Source: Sulfuracidifex tepidarius
GTDB lineage: Archaea > Thermoproteota > Thermoprotei_A > Sulfolobales > Sulfolobaceae
Direction: 5' to 3'
DNA length: 24,000 nucleotides
Assembly (NCBI RefSeq): GCF_008326425.1
Contig: NZ_AP018929.1
Coordinates: 362,875 to 386,874, forward strand
Positions 7,469 through 16,900 of this stretch are shown piece by piece (within the stretch, counting starts at the first letter, position 1; every line of letters begins with the position of its first letter). A model generated the notes under the pieces. That model worked only from the letters and a program-made list of their open reading frames with translations, ran no database searches and was not told where the DNA came from. A program made the translations under genes and the position numbers.

Positions 7469-9409
7469 TCAAGGCATAAACAACCTGGCTATGGAAGGCT
7501 CCACATACGTGAAAGCGAGTATTCCCACCAACGCTAAGGTCAATCCTACTATGGATATAACAGTGTTAGCTATAGTTCCGCTTGACGCCTTTCCTAGGAT
7601 TAACCCCACAAAGAAGGAAGAGAGTTCAATGAAGACATACATCAGTTCCTTGAGCTCCTGAGAGATATGTACCCCTTGAAAAGTGTAAACCCCCGTGGTG
7701 GAGATGGTAGGGGAAACCCCAGTTAAATACCCTCCGAAGGAGCTCAGGAGCACAGTAGTTATCAACACGACGAACGTGAGAAGGATAGGTGTCATAACTC
7801 CCAGGAATTGGTACATCCTTATCCTGCTCAACGCCTCCCTCTTGTACTCAACGTACTTCCTCGTGAAGTCGTTAAGTTCCTCGAGTAACATGGTGGAGAC
7901 GTTCCCGCTTTCGGAGATCAATCCGAGCATGAAGAAGGTGAACTTGCCCATCCAGCTCGAGGACGATATTGATACCTCATTTAGAGGAATTCCTGACTTC
8001 ACCTGTGAGCTTGCTTTCCCTAAGATCTCCTTGAAGCGACCCGTGTAGGACTCAGACAATGATACCTTAACCAAGGACTTGTTCACGTTATATCCTATCT
8101 TCCTATACTCAGTTAGATCCCTCAAGAATTGGGGTAAGTTGTCCTCAACGTTCCTGACTTCACTGATCTTGTTCTTGACTTGCAAGTACATGGAGATCGA
8201 TGCAATGACTAGGGACACATAAACATCCACGAAGAGCGGTGCGTGTGAGATAACCCCCACTAGGAAAGACATCACTCCTAGCGCCAACGGTACGGTAGAG
8301 TTGAAGCTCAGATCGTCGAAGGTCTTAGGTCTCCACTCCCTGACCATAGCGTAAAGCGCGACCATAAAGAAAGGAGGCATCAAGATCAGGAGGTAGAGAA
8401 GGCTTATCCCGCCAAATATAGACAACACAAGGAACAGTGTAGGGAAGACCAGGAAGGAGATAATTATCGTCTCTCCAACGGATGAGATCCTGTCTGCATA
8501 AAAGGACCACCTGAAGTTTAGGACGTTCACGAACTCTTTAGCCTTGTCGTTCAGGTAGTCCTGTATGCCTCCCCCAGCCCTGAAAACTGAGGAGTATGCG
8601 TAAAGGAAGGATGCATACTCCTTTAAGGGGTGAACCCTGGCTCTGTAATCCACGAATTGAATCAACGACTTCCCGTGGTTCCTCATCTCCCTGATGAAAG
8701 CCTTAGACTCCCTACCGAAACCCCTAAACACACTCTTCTCATATATCCTCTTGTAAACGTAGGACAAGTTAAGTCCGGAGGAGGAAGCCACAGAGGAAAG
8801 GAAGACGAAGAACGGAAGCTCGTAACTCACGTCCTTGGACTCCTTCTTAGACTTTCCTCTGTAATATATTGCGGGATATTCGTACATCAGGAAAGGAACT
8901 ATCCAGATAGCCTGAACCAGGAGAAGCGAGAATAAGGGTAGCCTAGCTATGAGTAGGGAGAGGACCGACACCGCGTCAATTCCTCCGCAGAGCAGTGTAT
9001 AGGAAATAGATCTACCCACGAAATCAGAAACGAATGACAAGCTGTTGTCGTTCTCGGAGCTCAAGGTCATGTCCCTCTCTACCTTGGACATGTAAGACCT
9101 AACAAGGGAGTTGAACCTCTCCCTCCCAAATATCACCTTCCCCAAGACTTCTCCTTTCGTCCCGTGATACCTCTTTCCCTTTCTCCAAGGTTTAGTGAGG
9201 GCTGAACCCGCGAGGAGGACAGAACCAGCCACTAGAAATAGCTCGTAGTAAGGCAGGAAAAAGGGGAGCGATAACCTCATGTAAGGAAACAAGGCCATGA
9301 AGAGGGAAGCTACCAACAAGGCCATGGAAGCTACGAATAGTGGGGACCTACTCATGAGGTAAAAGCCGAACTCAATTTCCATGAAAGGATCTTCGCGTCT
9401 CTGTTTCAT
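7469..9409 (-). CDS. Type IV filament platform membrane protein (FlaJ/TadC/PilC-like, T2SSF-type)
   Basis: This is a polytopic membrane protein with two internally repeated cytoplasmic segments (ELPFFVFLSSVASSSGLNLSYVYKRI... and NLPQFLRDLTEYRKIGYNVNKSLVKV...), each followed by hydrophobic helices. Its start overlaps the ATPase stop in ATGA (9406-9409). An additional N-terminal hydrophobic region of about 150 aa is present. Confidence 0.85.
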   Translation of the reverse strand: MKQRREDPFMEIEFGFYLMSRSPLFVASMALLVASLFMALFPYMRLSLPFFLPYYELFLVAGSVLLAGSALTKPWRKGKRYHGTKGEVLGKVIFGRERFNSLVRSYMSKVERDMTLSSENDNSLSFVSDFVGRSISYTLLCGGIDAVSVLSLLIARLPLFSLLLVQAIWIVPFLMYEYPAIYYRGKSKKESKDVSYELPFFVFLSSVASSSGLNLSYVYKRIYEKSVFRGFGRESKAFIREMRNHGKSLIQFVDYRARVHPLKEYASFLYAYSSVFRAGGGIQDYLNDKAKEFVNVLNFRWSFYADRISSVGETIIISFLVFPTLFLVLSIFGGISLLYLLILMPPFFMVALYAMVREWRPKTFDDLSFNSTVPLALGVMSFLVGVISHAPLFVDVYVSLVIASISMYLQVKNKISEVRNVEDNLPQFLRDLTEYRKIGYNVNKSLVKVSLSESYTGRFKEILGKASSQVKSGIPLNEVSISSSSWMGKFTFFMLGLISESGNVSTMLLEELNDFTRKYVEYKREALSRIRMYQFLGVMTPILLTFVVLITTVLLSSFGGYLTGVSPTISTTGVYTFQGVHISQELKELMYVFIELSSFFVGLILGKASSGTIANTVISIVGLTLALVGILAFTYVEPSIARLFMP

Positions 9410-10965
9410 GCTTCCATCCTCCTCTCCATTGCTTCAGGGTAGAGATAGAACTCGCTTAACGTCGAGGAAATCTCATGGTAAGAACTCATGTTTCTCTTTA
9501 CCATGAAGGAGAGTAGCTCCCCTCTCCTCTTCACTTCCTTCCAGAGTATGTTCTCGTCCCACCCCATCAGGTTCATCGCGTCCTTGAGCTGTGGTGAAAG
9601 GCTTACCCCTCCGCTCTCGTAAGACATGATTTGTTCGAACCCTTCTCCCACGCTTTCCCAAATTCCGGTGACCTTCCTCACCTGCTTCTTGCTCAAGTAG
9701 TCAGTAGTGTTCTTGATGACGACCACGCTGGATAGCAGGTTCTTGAACTCCTTAGACACGGTGTCCGACAAGAGAGAGACTATCCTTGTCTTCACGTCCT
9801 CCACATTCCCTCCATGAAACGTGGTTAGCCCTCCATGTCCAGTTGATACTGCTTGTACCAGATACTCCATTTCGGATCCCCTGATCTCGCCCACGATAAT
9901 GTAGTCCGGCCTATACCTGAGCGACAGCTTCACCAGATCCGCCATATCGATTTCTTTCCCCGTGTCGAAATTGAGCGTCCTGGTGAATAGACGAACCCAT
10001 ACCTCGTTGGACAACTTCAATTCAGGCGTGTCCTCTATGGTCAGGAACTTAGCGTTAGGGTTAAGTAACATTAAGACGGAATTCAAGAGCGTCGTCTTAC
10101 CCGAACCAGTAGGTCCCACTATGAGCATGAACTTCCTTGCCTCAGCTATTATCCACATGTAGACGGCCTCAGGGATTGTGATCGTCCCGAACCTCAGTAG
10201 GTCAACTATTGTGAATGGTTCCTCAGGATGTTTCCTTATATCGAGCGTAGTTCCAGGGAGGGAGACTTCGTTTCCGTAAGTCACCGCGACCCTGTGTCCT
10301 TCCTTAAGTATGAAGTCCTGCATTGGGTTTGCGATGCTCACGTCTCTGCCTCCGAAGTCTGAAATCTTCTCCACGAACCTCATGAGGTCCCTCTCAGACG
10401 AGAAACGAACGTTAGTCTCAAGCCTGAAGAACTCGGTGAAGTCACGGTGAACTACTGTCACGGGCTTCTCAGATGAGGTGACCTCTATCTCCTCCACTAA
10501 CGGATCGAAGATCATCGGAGATATCCCGGAGTAACTCATCTCCCTCAGTACGAAGTAAGTTACCTTGGATACGTCAAGGGAATTGTCTACTAATTCCATC
10601 TCTTCTTCAACTTCCTTCACGTAGTCCATTATCTTCCTCTTCTGCGAGAAGAAAGTTCCCCTGTCTTCTTCAATAGTGGGCATTGAGGAATAAACGTAAT
10701 CTACTATTGTGCCTACCACCTTGACGTCATCGGGGCTCATTGATGGCTCTGAGATCAAGTAGTATCCCTTTCCTCCGCTGCTCACAACCGTTACGTTCAC
10801 CAAAGAAAGGATTGGATCAACGTCCTTAAGCGTGTACTCCTTTAACACCTTTCCCTTCACCTCGAGGAACTCAGACACCGTGGTTTCCGTCGGAACTACC
10901 TCCGTGGAAGACCCAAGGGACTTTCTGTTAGCAGAATTATTCTTAAAGAATATTTCTTTCATCAT
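9406..10965 (-). CDS. Type IV filament assembly ATPase (FlaI/GspE/VirB11 superfamily, T2SSE-type)
   Basis: Walker A GPTGSGKT is encoded at 10093-10116 (the reverse complement GGACCTACTGGTTCGGGTAAGACG was checked). Also present are the Asp box TIEDTPEL, Walker B PDYIIVGEIRG and His box TGHGGLTTFHG. A TATA box lies about 26 nt upstream of ATG 10965. Confidence 0.95.
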   Translation of the reverse strand: MMKEIFFKNNSANRKSLGSSTEVVPTETTVSEFLEVKGKVLKEYTLKDVDPILSLVNVTVVSSGGKGYYLISEPSMSPDDVKVVGTIVDYVYSSMPTIEEDRGTFFSQKRKIMDYVKEVEEEMELVDNSLDVSKVTYFVLREMSYSGISPMIFDPLVEEIEVTSSEKPVTVVHRDFTEFFRLETNVRFSSERDLMRFVEKISDFGGRDVSIANPMQDFILKEGHRVAVTYGNEVSLPGTTLDIRKHPEEPFTIVDLLRFGTITIPEAVYMWIIAEARKFMLIVGPTGSGKTTLLNSVLMLLNPNAKFLTIEDTPELKLSNEVWVRLFTRTLNFDTGKEIDMADLVKLSLRYRPDYIIVGEIRGSEMEYLVQAVSTGHGGLTTFHGGNVEDVKTRIVSLLSDTVSKEFKNLLSSVVVIKNTTDYLSKKQVRKVTGIWESVGEGFEQIMSYESGGVSLSPQLKDAMNLMGWDENILWKEVKRRGELLSFMVKRNMSSYHEISSTLSEFYLYPEAMERRMEA

Positions 10966-10986
10966 AGTCTATAGCTCTCTACTCAG

Positions 10987-10994
10987 TTTATAAG
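10987..10994 (-). promoter_or_regulatory. TATA box for the ATPase-platform operon
   Basis: Minus-strand CTTATAAA is centred about 26 nt upstream of ATG 10965 (leaderless geometry). Confidence 0.45.
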
Positions 10995-11466
10995 TTAACA
11001 TGAAAGATCCGAACTTCCGTGGGCCTTTCTGTGTTGAAGAGCACGGTAGTTGAAGCAATGTATAAGGTGGCATTCATCTTTTTTATGTACAAGTTCACAT
11101 ATCACCCTTATCCAGTCTTGAACGACGCTCCGTCTACCCTAAGAGGAGGAACGCTTACACTAGAGTGAAGCGGATGCATTTCATTATTAGTTCTAAAAAA
11201 TAGTCCTAGTTTGAGGTTGCAAGTTCTTCGAGGATTAAACGTATTATTCTCTTTTTTGCAATTTTTAATGTTCTCTTGAGTTTTGAACATCGCTAACAGA
11301 CATACATGTTCAGGATGCCAAGCTCAAGATGCTAAGTCTATTCACGTGACTTTCTTTGGTTCATTGCTGATCCTCTTCTCTTCTAAATTGTAGATTCTGT
11401 AGATAGATAGATTTTCTAGACAGAAAAACTTAATAGCCAAAAAAGATAGTCCTTTAGTAGGAAGAC

Positions 11467-11940
11467 ATGAAAAACTTTAAGTCGTTAAAACTGAAAAGAG
11501 GAGAGTCGAACATTATAGGGAGCCTTTTTCTGATCCTTATAGTGGTTGTAGGTGCAATTCTTGTTGGTTATTACGTCTTCGGACTCATATCCAACAACCA
11601 GGCTAAGACCACCATGGAGATCTTGAACGAGAACTACGTCGGTGGCACTCTGTATTTGACATTGAAGAACGTAGGGAACGCGTTAGAGGACGTGAACAGT
11701 GTACAAGTATATCACGGAAATACAGTCATAGGGAGCTATTCGTCATCTGGAGTGACTGTAATGCAGCCCATCAATCCAAATCCCACAACCAGCTCAACTT
11801 CATCCTTACAGCCGGGTCAGGAAACAGTAGTTCAGATACCATTAAGCGGTGCTGAGCCTGGTCAATCTGTGACCGTCATCGTAACGGTAGGATCTGGACA
11901 GTCCGAAAACACGGTGTCTCAGGACTTCACTCTCAACTGA
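11467..11940 (+). CDS. Pilin-like protein with class III (prepilin-type) signal peptide
   Basis: MKNFKSLKLKRG/ESNIIGSLFLILIVVVGAILVGYYVFGLI has a basic leader, Gly at -1 and a hydrophobic helix of about 25 residues. This is followed by a beta-rich domain (LTLKNVGNA...) and a Ser/Thr/Pro patch NPNPTTSSTSSLQPG. Confidence 0.75.
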   Translation: MKNFKSLKLKRGESNIIGSLFLILIVVVGAILVGYYVFGLISNNQAKTTMEILNENYVGGTLYLTLKNVGNALEDVNSVQVYHGNTVIGSYSSSGVTVMQPINPNPTTSSTSSLQPGQETVVQIPLSGAEPGQSVTVIVTVGSGQSENTVSQDFTLN

Positions 11941-11943
11941 AAA

Positions 11944-11972
11944 TTTTCTTTTTATCTTTGTTTTTCTTTTTT
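11944..11972 (+). terminator. T-tract terminator region after pilin-like gene 1
   Basis: Four T4-T6 runs lie within 30 nt immediately after the stop codon (TTTTCTTTTTATCTTTGTTTTTCTTTTTT). This matches the archaeal oligo-T termination signal. Confidence 0.4.
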
Positions 11973-12735
11973 CAAAAAATCATTATCATTATTTATAATT
12001 ATCATCTTTATTTATGATTTTTACTTGTTTACGTGTTTATCCTTTGTACATTCTCTTATCTTTCCTCCTCTATTTTCGCTGAAAACTGACTGAACTTTCG
12101 TCTCTTCGCGTCGATGGTAGGGATCCTTGGTAAGTATCCAGTTTGAAACGGGTTCTCTGGGTTACGTCAGTGATGCTTTCAGGTAATAGATGAGACCGTG
12201 ACGGTTGAGGCGGGGCATGCGTGATACATTCCATTCCCAATAGCTATGATTGATGCGCCTCCTACCTCTCATCCAATCCTCGGATTCGGAAACGATCCGT
12301 AGTTTAGTCCTCTTCTGCAAGCGAAGCAAGAAGTCTATAAGGCAGGTAACCTATTGATGGACTCTCTGCTTGTCACATACAGCTTCAACTAGCGAGCGTT
12401 TTACTATCACGATGAAGCCGTTTGAAAGAGGAGTGAAATATACCACGCATGTTATCTTATCACCTTAGGGACTATTTCTCCTAGGGAAGAATTTGAGTAT
12501 CGTAGTAACTCTCACTATTCCAAATTTTATGATCTAAAACTCACATAGAGATAGTTCTCTTAGAGAAATTACGATCTATTTTCCACAAGGCTCTCATCGT
12601 CCATGGTTAACACACGGTTTCGTATTTCAACGCTTATTATGAATTAAGAGATACCATCTATAAGAAGAATTATTCTTGAAGGAAAATTCTTTCATTATAA
12701 CTTTTAACTTCTCTCTTACTATTTAGAATGAGAAA

Positions 12736-13215
12736 ATGAATGCGAGAAAATCAAGAAAAGGAGTATCTGAGGTTGTGGGGGCAGTCCTTCTGATACTGAT
12801 AACTCTAATCGCAATGGTTTATTTGGTGGAGACTTACCTTAGGCAGTCGGGCTTCGCAGACCAAGGGTTCGCTGAAGAAGCCCATTACCAGGAACTTAAG
12901 GCCGGGCAAATGGTCGATACAGTTTACTATGCTAACCATAAAGTTACGCAGGGCTACTTGGATTGTTTCATAATAGTGAACGTTGGAGATAACATAGTCT
13001 TGTCTAAACACGGTGTGTTGAGCCAAGACTCGGGCACGCCTTGTCCTTACTATGTGGAAGTGTCGAACTCTTCGGGGAACACGCTCCTTGGAAGCAACAG
13101 CTCGATAACCCTGACCCATGGGATGACCTATAAGATCATGGTATTAAGCAAGACCGAGCTTTCCTCCATATACTTAAACGCGTCCGGAGAGAATATCATC
13201 GAGGTGAGCTCATGA
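12736..13215 (+). CDS. Pilin-like protein with class III signal peptide
   Basis: MNARKSRKG/VSEVVGAVLLILITLIAMVYLV is a textbook archaeal prepilin N-terminus. The domain is beta-rich with two Cys and NSS/NAS sequons. Its stop overlaps the next gene's start (ATGA 13212-13215). Confidence 0.8.
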   Translation: MNARKSRKGVSEVVGAVLLILITLIAMVYLVETYLRQSGFADQGFAEEAHYQELKAGQMVDTVYYANHKVTQGYLDCFIIVNVGDNIVLSKHGVLSQDSGTPCPYYVEVSNSSGNTLLGSNSSITLTHGMTYKIMVLSKTELSSIYLNASGENIIEVSS

Positions 13216-13625
13216 GGAAAGGATTAGCGTCCCTATTCGTGGTCATGGCAGTCATGGTGATTGTAATTGCGTTTCTCGGTTTCCTGGGATACGTGTTCTT
13301 GATCAACTCTCAGGTGGATCAGGAGTATCAGAACTATAGGGCTGTTCAACAAGTGAGGGAGCAACAAGAACTGTTCGTGAATGAGGTCTTGAACGGAGAT
13401 GGGCAAGTAGCTTACCTGAACGTCACGAACGACGGGAACGTCCAAGTGAAGATAGTGAACGTGATACACGTGGTTAACGTAAGTGGTTATTACAGCGTAA
13501 TTTTACAATACGAAAACGTGAGTATACCCCCCGGAGGAAACGCCATGATATCCGTTAAGTCCTATCCGCATGAAACGACGCAACTGATAGTGGTGACCAG
13601 CTTGGGTAGGACTTTCACGGCGTAA
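13212..13625 (+). CDS. Pilin-like protein with a very short class III signal peptide
   Basis: MRKG/LASLFVVMAVMVIVIAFLGFLGYVFL, followed by YLNVTNDGNVQVKIVNV, a beta-sandwich-type motif common in archaeal pilin/FlaF/FlaG-like proteins. It is translationally coupled to the upstream pilin gene. Confidence 0.75.
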   Translation: MRKGLASLFVVMAVMVIVIAFLGFLGYVFLINSQVDQEYQNYRAVQQVREQQELFVNEVLNGDGQVAYLNVTNDGNVQVKIVNVIHVVNVSGYYSVILQYENVSIPPGGNAMISVKSYPHETTQLIVVTSLGRTFTA

Positions 13626-13627
13626 TC

Positions 13628-13644
13628 TTTTTCCCATTTCTTTC
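13628..13644 (+). terminator. Possible oligo-T terminator after the pilin 2/3 pair
   Basis: TTTTTCCCATTTCTTTC begins 3 nt after the stop codon. Confidence 0.3.
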
Positions 13645-13900
13645 TATTCCATTATAAAATCTTTTCCCTCTCTCTTTGCTTCCCTACTTCATCCCTTTTT
13701 CACTCTCCCAAACATAACCACTGCTCCTCATCTCTCATCATACCTTTTGTATCTATGTAGATGTCAGATAACAATCTATCTTCTGTCATCATGTGACCTG
13801 CATCGACGTGTTGTCTCGGGGTCTTTAGAAGTTCTAAACCCTTATCTCTCAATCCGTTGGCTATACGATATTACAGTGAGTAGTTTATACTTATAGATAG

Positions 13901-16900
13901 ATGAAGTTTTTTAACTCTCAGTATCTATTACTTCATAGAATGAATGAATTATTAGGTTTAATAGCCTTAACGATGGTAATCATAGTGTCTGTAGGAGTGG
14001 TGTCATACTTCTTCATACTTTACGATCAGAGCCAGGAAGAATACATGAACCAGATCAAGGAGACAGCCCTATCCTCTCCCTTGAGGGCCGACAGTTGGTC
14101 TAACGGAACTATAGCCTACTTCGTGAATAACGGAACTGAGAAGACAGTCACTGGGCTCGTATACGTCCTAGGAGGAAAATTCTTCACGTTGTCTTTCTCC
14201 GACATGAAGGTACCAACTTTCCTCCAGGGATACATGAAGTACTTGCCATCTTGCTACTCCAGAGTGGACTTCAACGGGTTCGTCCTAGGTACTACTGGAA
14301 CTCAGGTGAACAACGGAATAACCTTGGATACAGGGCAGAGGTTAGCTGTACCATATCCCGGGGGTTTCGTCGGGTTAGTCACTACTGGATCTGCAGAGTG
14401 GTACCCTTATTACCCAACTCAAGGGTTTTACAACATGGCTAACCAAGACTCTAACGTCAGTGAGGCTCTCCTGAAACAAGTGTATGGAGAGAACAGTGTC
14501 GCGTCGAACCTCCTCTCACAGGACGAGGCGAACCTCACGATAGAGGTGAGTGGTGGAGGAGAAGTAGGAGTTGTAGCCTCCAACGGCCAATGGCAGGAGT
14601 TCACCCAAGGGGACTGGACCATGACATTACCGAAGTACGTGAACGTGACCCTCATCGCGATCACGGGGTATGATACTACCATGGACGGGTTTAAGGTGAG
14701 CGGTTCCTTCCAGGGGATTTCCTCCTCCTATCTCTTTGAGGAGATAAACCTGACGGGGGACGCGGTGGTTCAAGCCCAGTTCTCCTATTACAGCTCCTCG
14801 GAGTTCATGAATTCCTCCTCCACTTGTCCTATGAAAGTATATGTGAACTTCAATGATGCCGGTTATCCCTTCCCAGGGGGTTACGCTGTGGCGAGCGGCG
14901 ACGGACAGTCAGTGGTCTTTGACAACACCCAGTATTTCGTTATAAACTACACTCAGTCCCTGAACGTGACTTTCCATAACTTCCCCTTCTCAGGATACGT
15001 GGACAACAAGCAGACACTGTCGTCAGGGGACCAGGAGGTTAACCCTAAGTTCCCCTTCCTGGCTTATGAGCTGAGCTTCGTGAACATTCAGACCGGACAG
15101 TCAATATATGCTCTCTCCTTGTTGAACACGACCTTCTTCGGGGTAGGAGTCCAGTGTTATTTCCTGATTTACGGTAACTATTACCCTGGATCCCTCCCCG
15201 AACACGTTACCTTGACCTATCCTGGATACAGACTTTCCTCCTCAAACAGCTCCAGTTTGCTCTTCCTGGGAATACCTAGCCAGATAGGGGAGAACGGAAG
15301 TGCGTGTTGCCCCGCTCAATGCCAGACCTACAGTTACCCCGTCCTAAATGAGACCGCCTCTATGAACGGAGTCTTCGTCGCACCAGGGTTCTCCGTAAAC
15401 GAGAGCGTGATAAACGTCACAGTAGGAGAACATAACCTCACCACAGACACCGAGGAAGGTTTCCAGGACCTCAAGATTTACATGAGACCAATCGTGGACG
15501 TATTCATCATACCCAACGGGTCTGGTCTCCTCATAGCCAACTTCACCAACGCGGTGACAGGGGACCCTCAGTATCAAATCATCAACCCCCTCTCATTTTA
15601 TGAGGCAACCGTACCTTGGGGATCGACTGTGAACGTTTCAGCTGACTCCTTCGTTAACGGAGTCACCTTCCAGGGGTGGAGGATGAACGAGAGCGGGAGC
15701 TTGGTGCTGTCTAACCTCATGGAGAGACCTTACTCCGGGTTGATCTCCGTTAACGTATGCCTCACGACCGGGGACTGGGTCGTGATCTGCGGTTCCTTCT
15801 CAAGATATGATGTAGTGAACGTGTCGGTGGTCAACGGTGTGGGAGGAATCCTCCAGGGAGTGAGCCCTCCCTCAGACCAGGTAGTATATCTGTCCCAGAA
15901 CATCCCGGTGTCGGTGAACTCCATCATGTGTGTTGAAGCATTCCCATACTCTTCCTATCTGTTCTCCAACTGGTCGGGGAACGTGAGTTACGTTACCTTC
16001 CACAACTACACCCTGCTGGAACCTAACGGGAAGGAGGGGAGTTACCTCAGTGGCACTAACGTGCTCTTCAATCCTACCATGGACGTCCTCGTTACTAAGC
16101 CATTCTCTCTGACCTCAAACTACGCTCCCGTCCCTAAGGACTCCTACCTTTCGCTGGGATTCGACATCAACGGGTCTGTCCAGGGGAACTACACGGTTTT
16201 CCAGGACGGGAACTACACCACTTACAACATGTCTAACTACAACCTCATACGGCTACACGTGGGTGCGGGACACTACCCCCTCAACGTCTACGACGTGAAC
16301 TTCTCGTTCGTGGTCTACAACTGGCAGGGAGGAAACCAGTTAGGCGTGTCCCTATCAAGTGAGAACTCGAGCTACGTTCCGATCCCGCACACACATTTCC
16401 TTCACTTGTTACATAACTCTTCCACGATATCGAACACGGAGTACTCCTTCCCCGGGAACGTGATAAACGCTACGGTCAGGGCTAACGTCGCTGTGACACC
16501 CGTTGTTATATGGGTTAACGGAAAGCCTCACCTTTACGGCATATATCAGACCACCATGGAGGGACTGACGTTCTACAACAAGCCCACACCTTGGTACGAC
16601 TGGTTGCTCTACGCTGTAGGGTTGACCATAGGGATCGTGGTGCTGATAGCCTCAGCAGGGGGACCGAGCGAGATCATAGAGGGAGTTGAGACAACCATAT
16701 CCCAAGCCATAGACGAGGGAGTTTCCCTGACCACAGTCAAGTTCTTCTTCAGGGGTTTGCTCAAGGTTGCAGGACTCGACTTTTTCGACCTAACAGAGGG
16801 ACCATCAAACACGTTGCTCAGGATAAAGACCGTCCTCCTTGTCGCCTACGACGCTGACACTTATATTGCTCTCATATTGAGCAAGGAAGGTATAACCAAC

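Noticed and set aside
11108-11290. 60-aa minus-strand ORF in the divergent control region between the ATPase and pilin 1
   Set aside because: It is at the minimum length, has no promoter or family signal, and sits in AT-rich regulatory DNA.
12108-12118. Exact short matches between ORF-free blocks: GCGTCGATGGT at 12108-12118 and 19664-19674; ATCACGATGAAGC at 12406-12418 as the reverse complement of 21802-21814; GGAGTGAA-containing segments in several spacers
   Set aside because: In 24 kb, dozens of 11-mer and several 13-mer coincidences are expected by chance, and the flanks do not extend the alignments convincingly. This is not enough to call a repeat family.
7469-13625. Calling the locus ups (UV-inducible pili) or aap (adhesive pili)
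   Set aside because: As I recall it, the gene order and content do not fit. ups is co-linear upsX-E-F-A-B with two pilins. aap includes the radical-SAM-like aapX. Neither has divergent motor and pilin genes, three pilin-like genes or a giant downstream gene. Without a phylogeny I cannot assign a gene symbol, and Bas-like ancestry remains possible.
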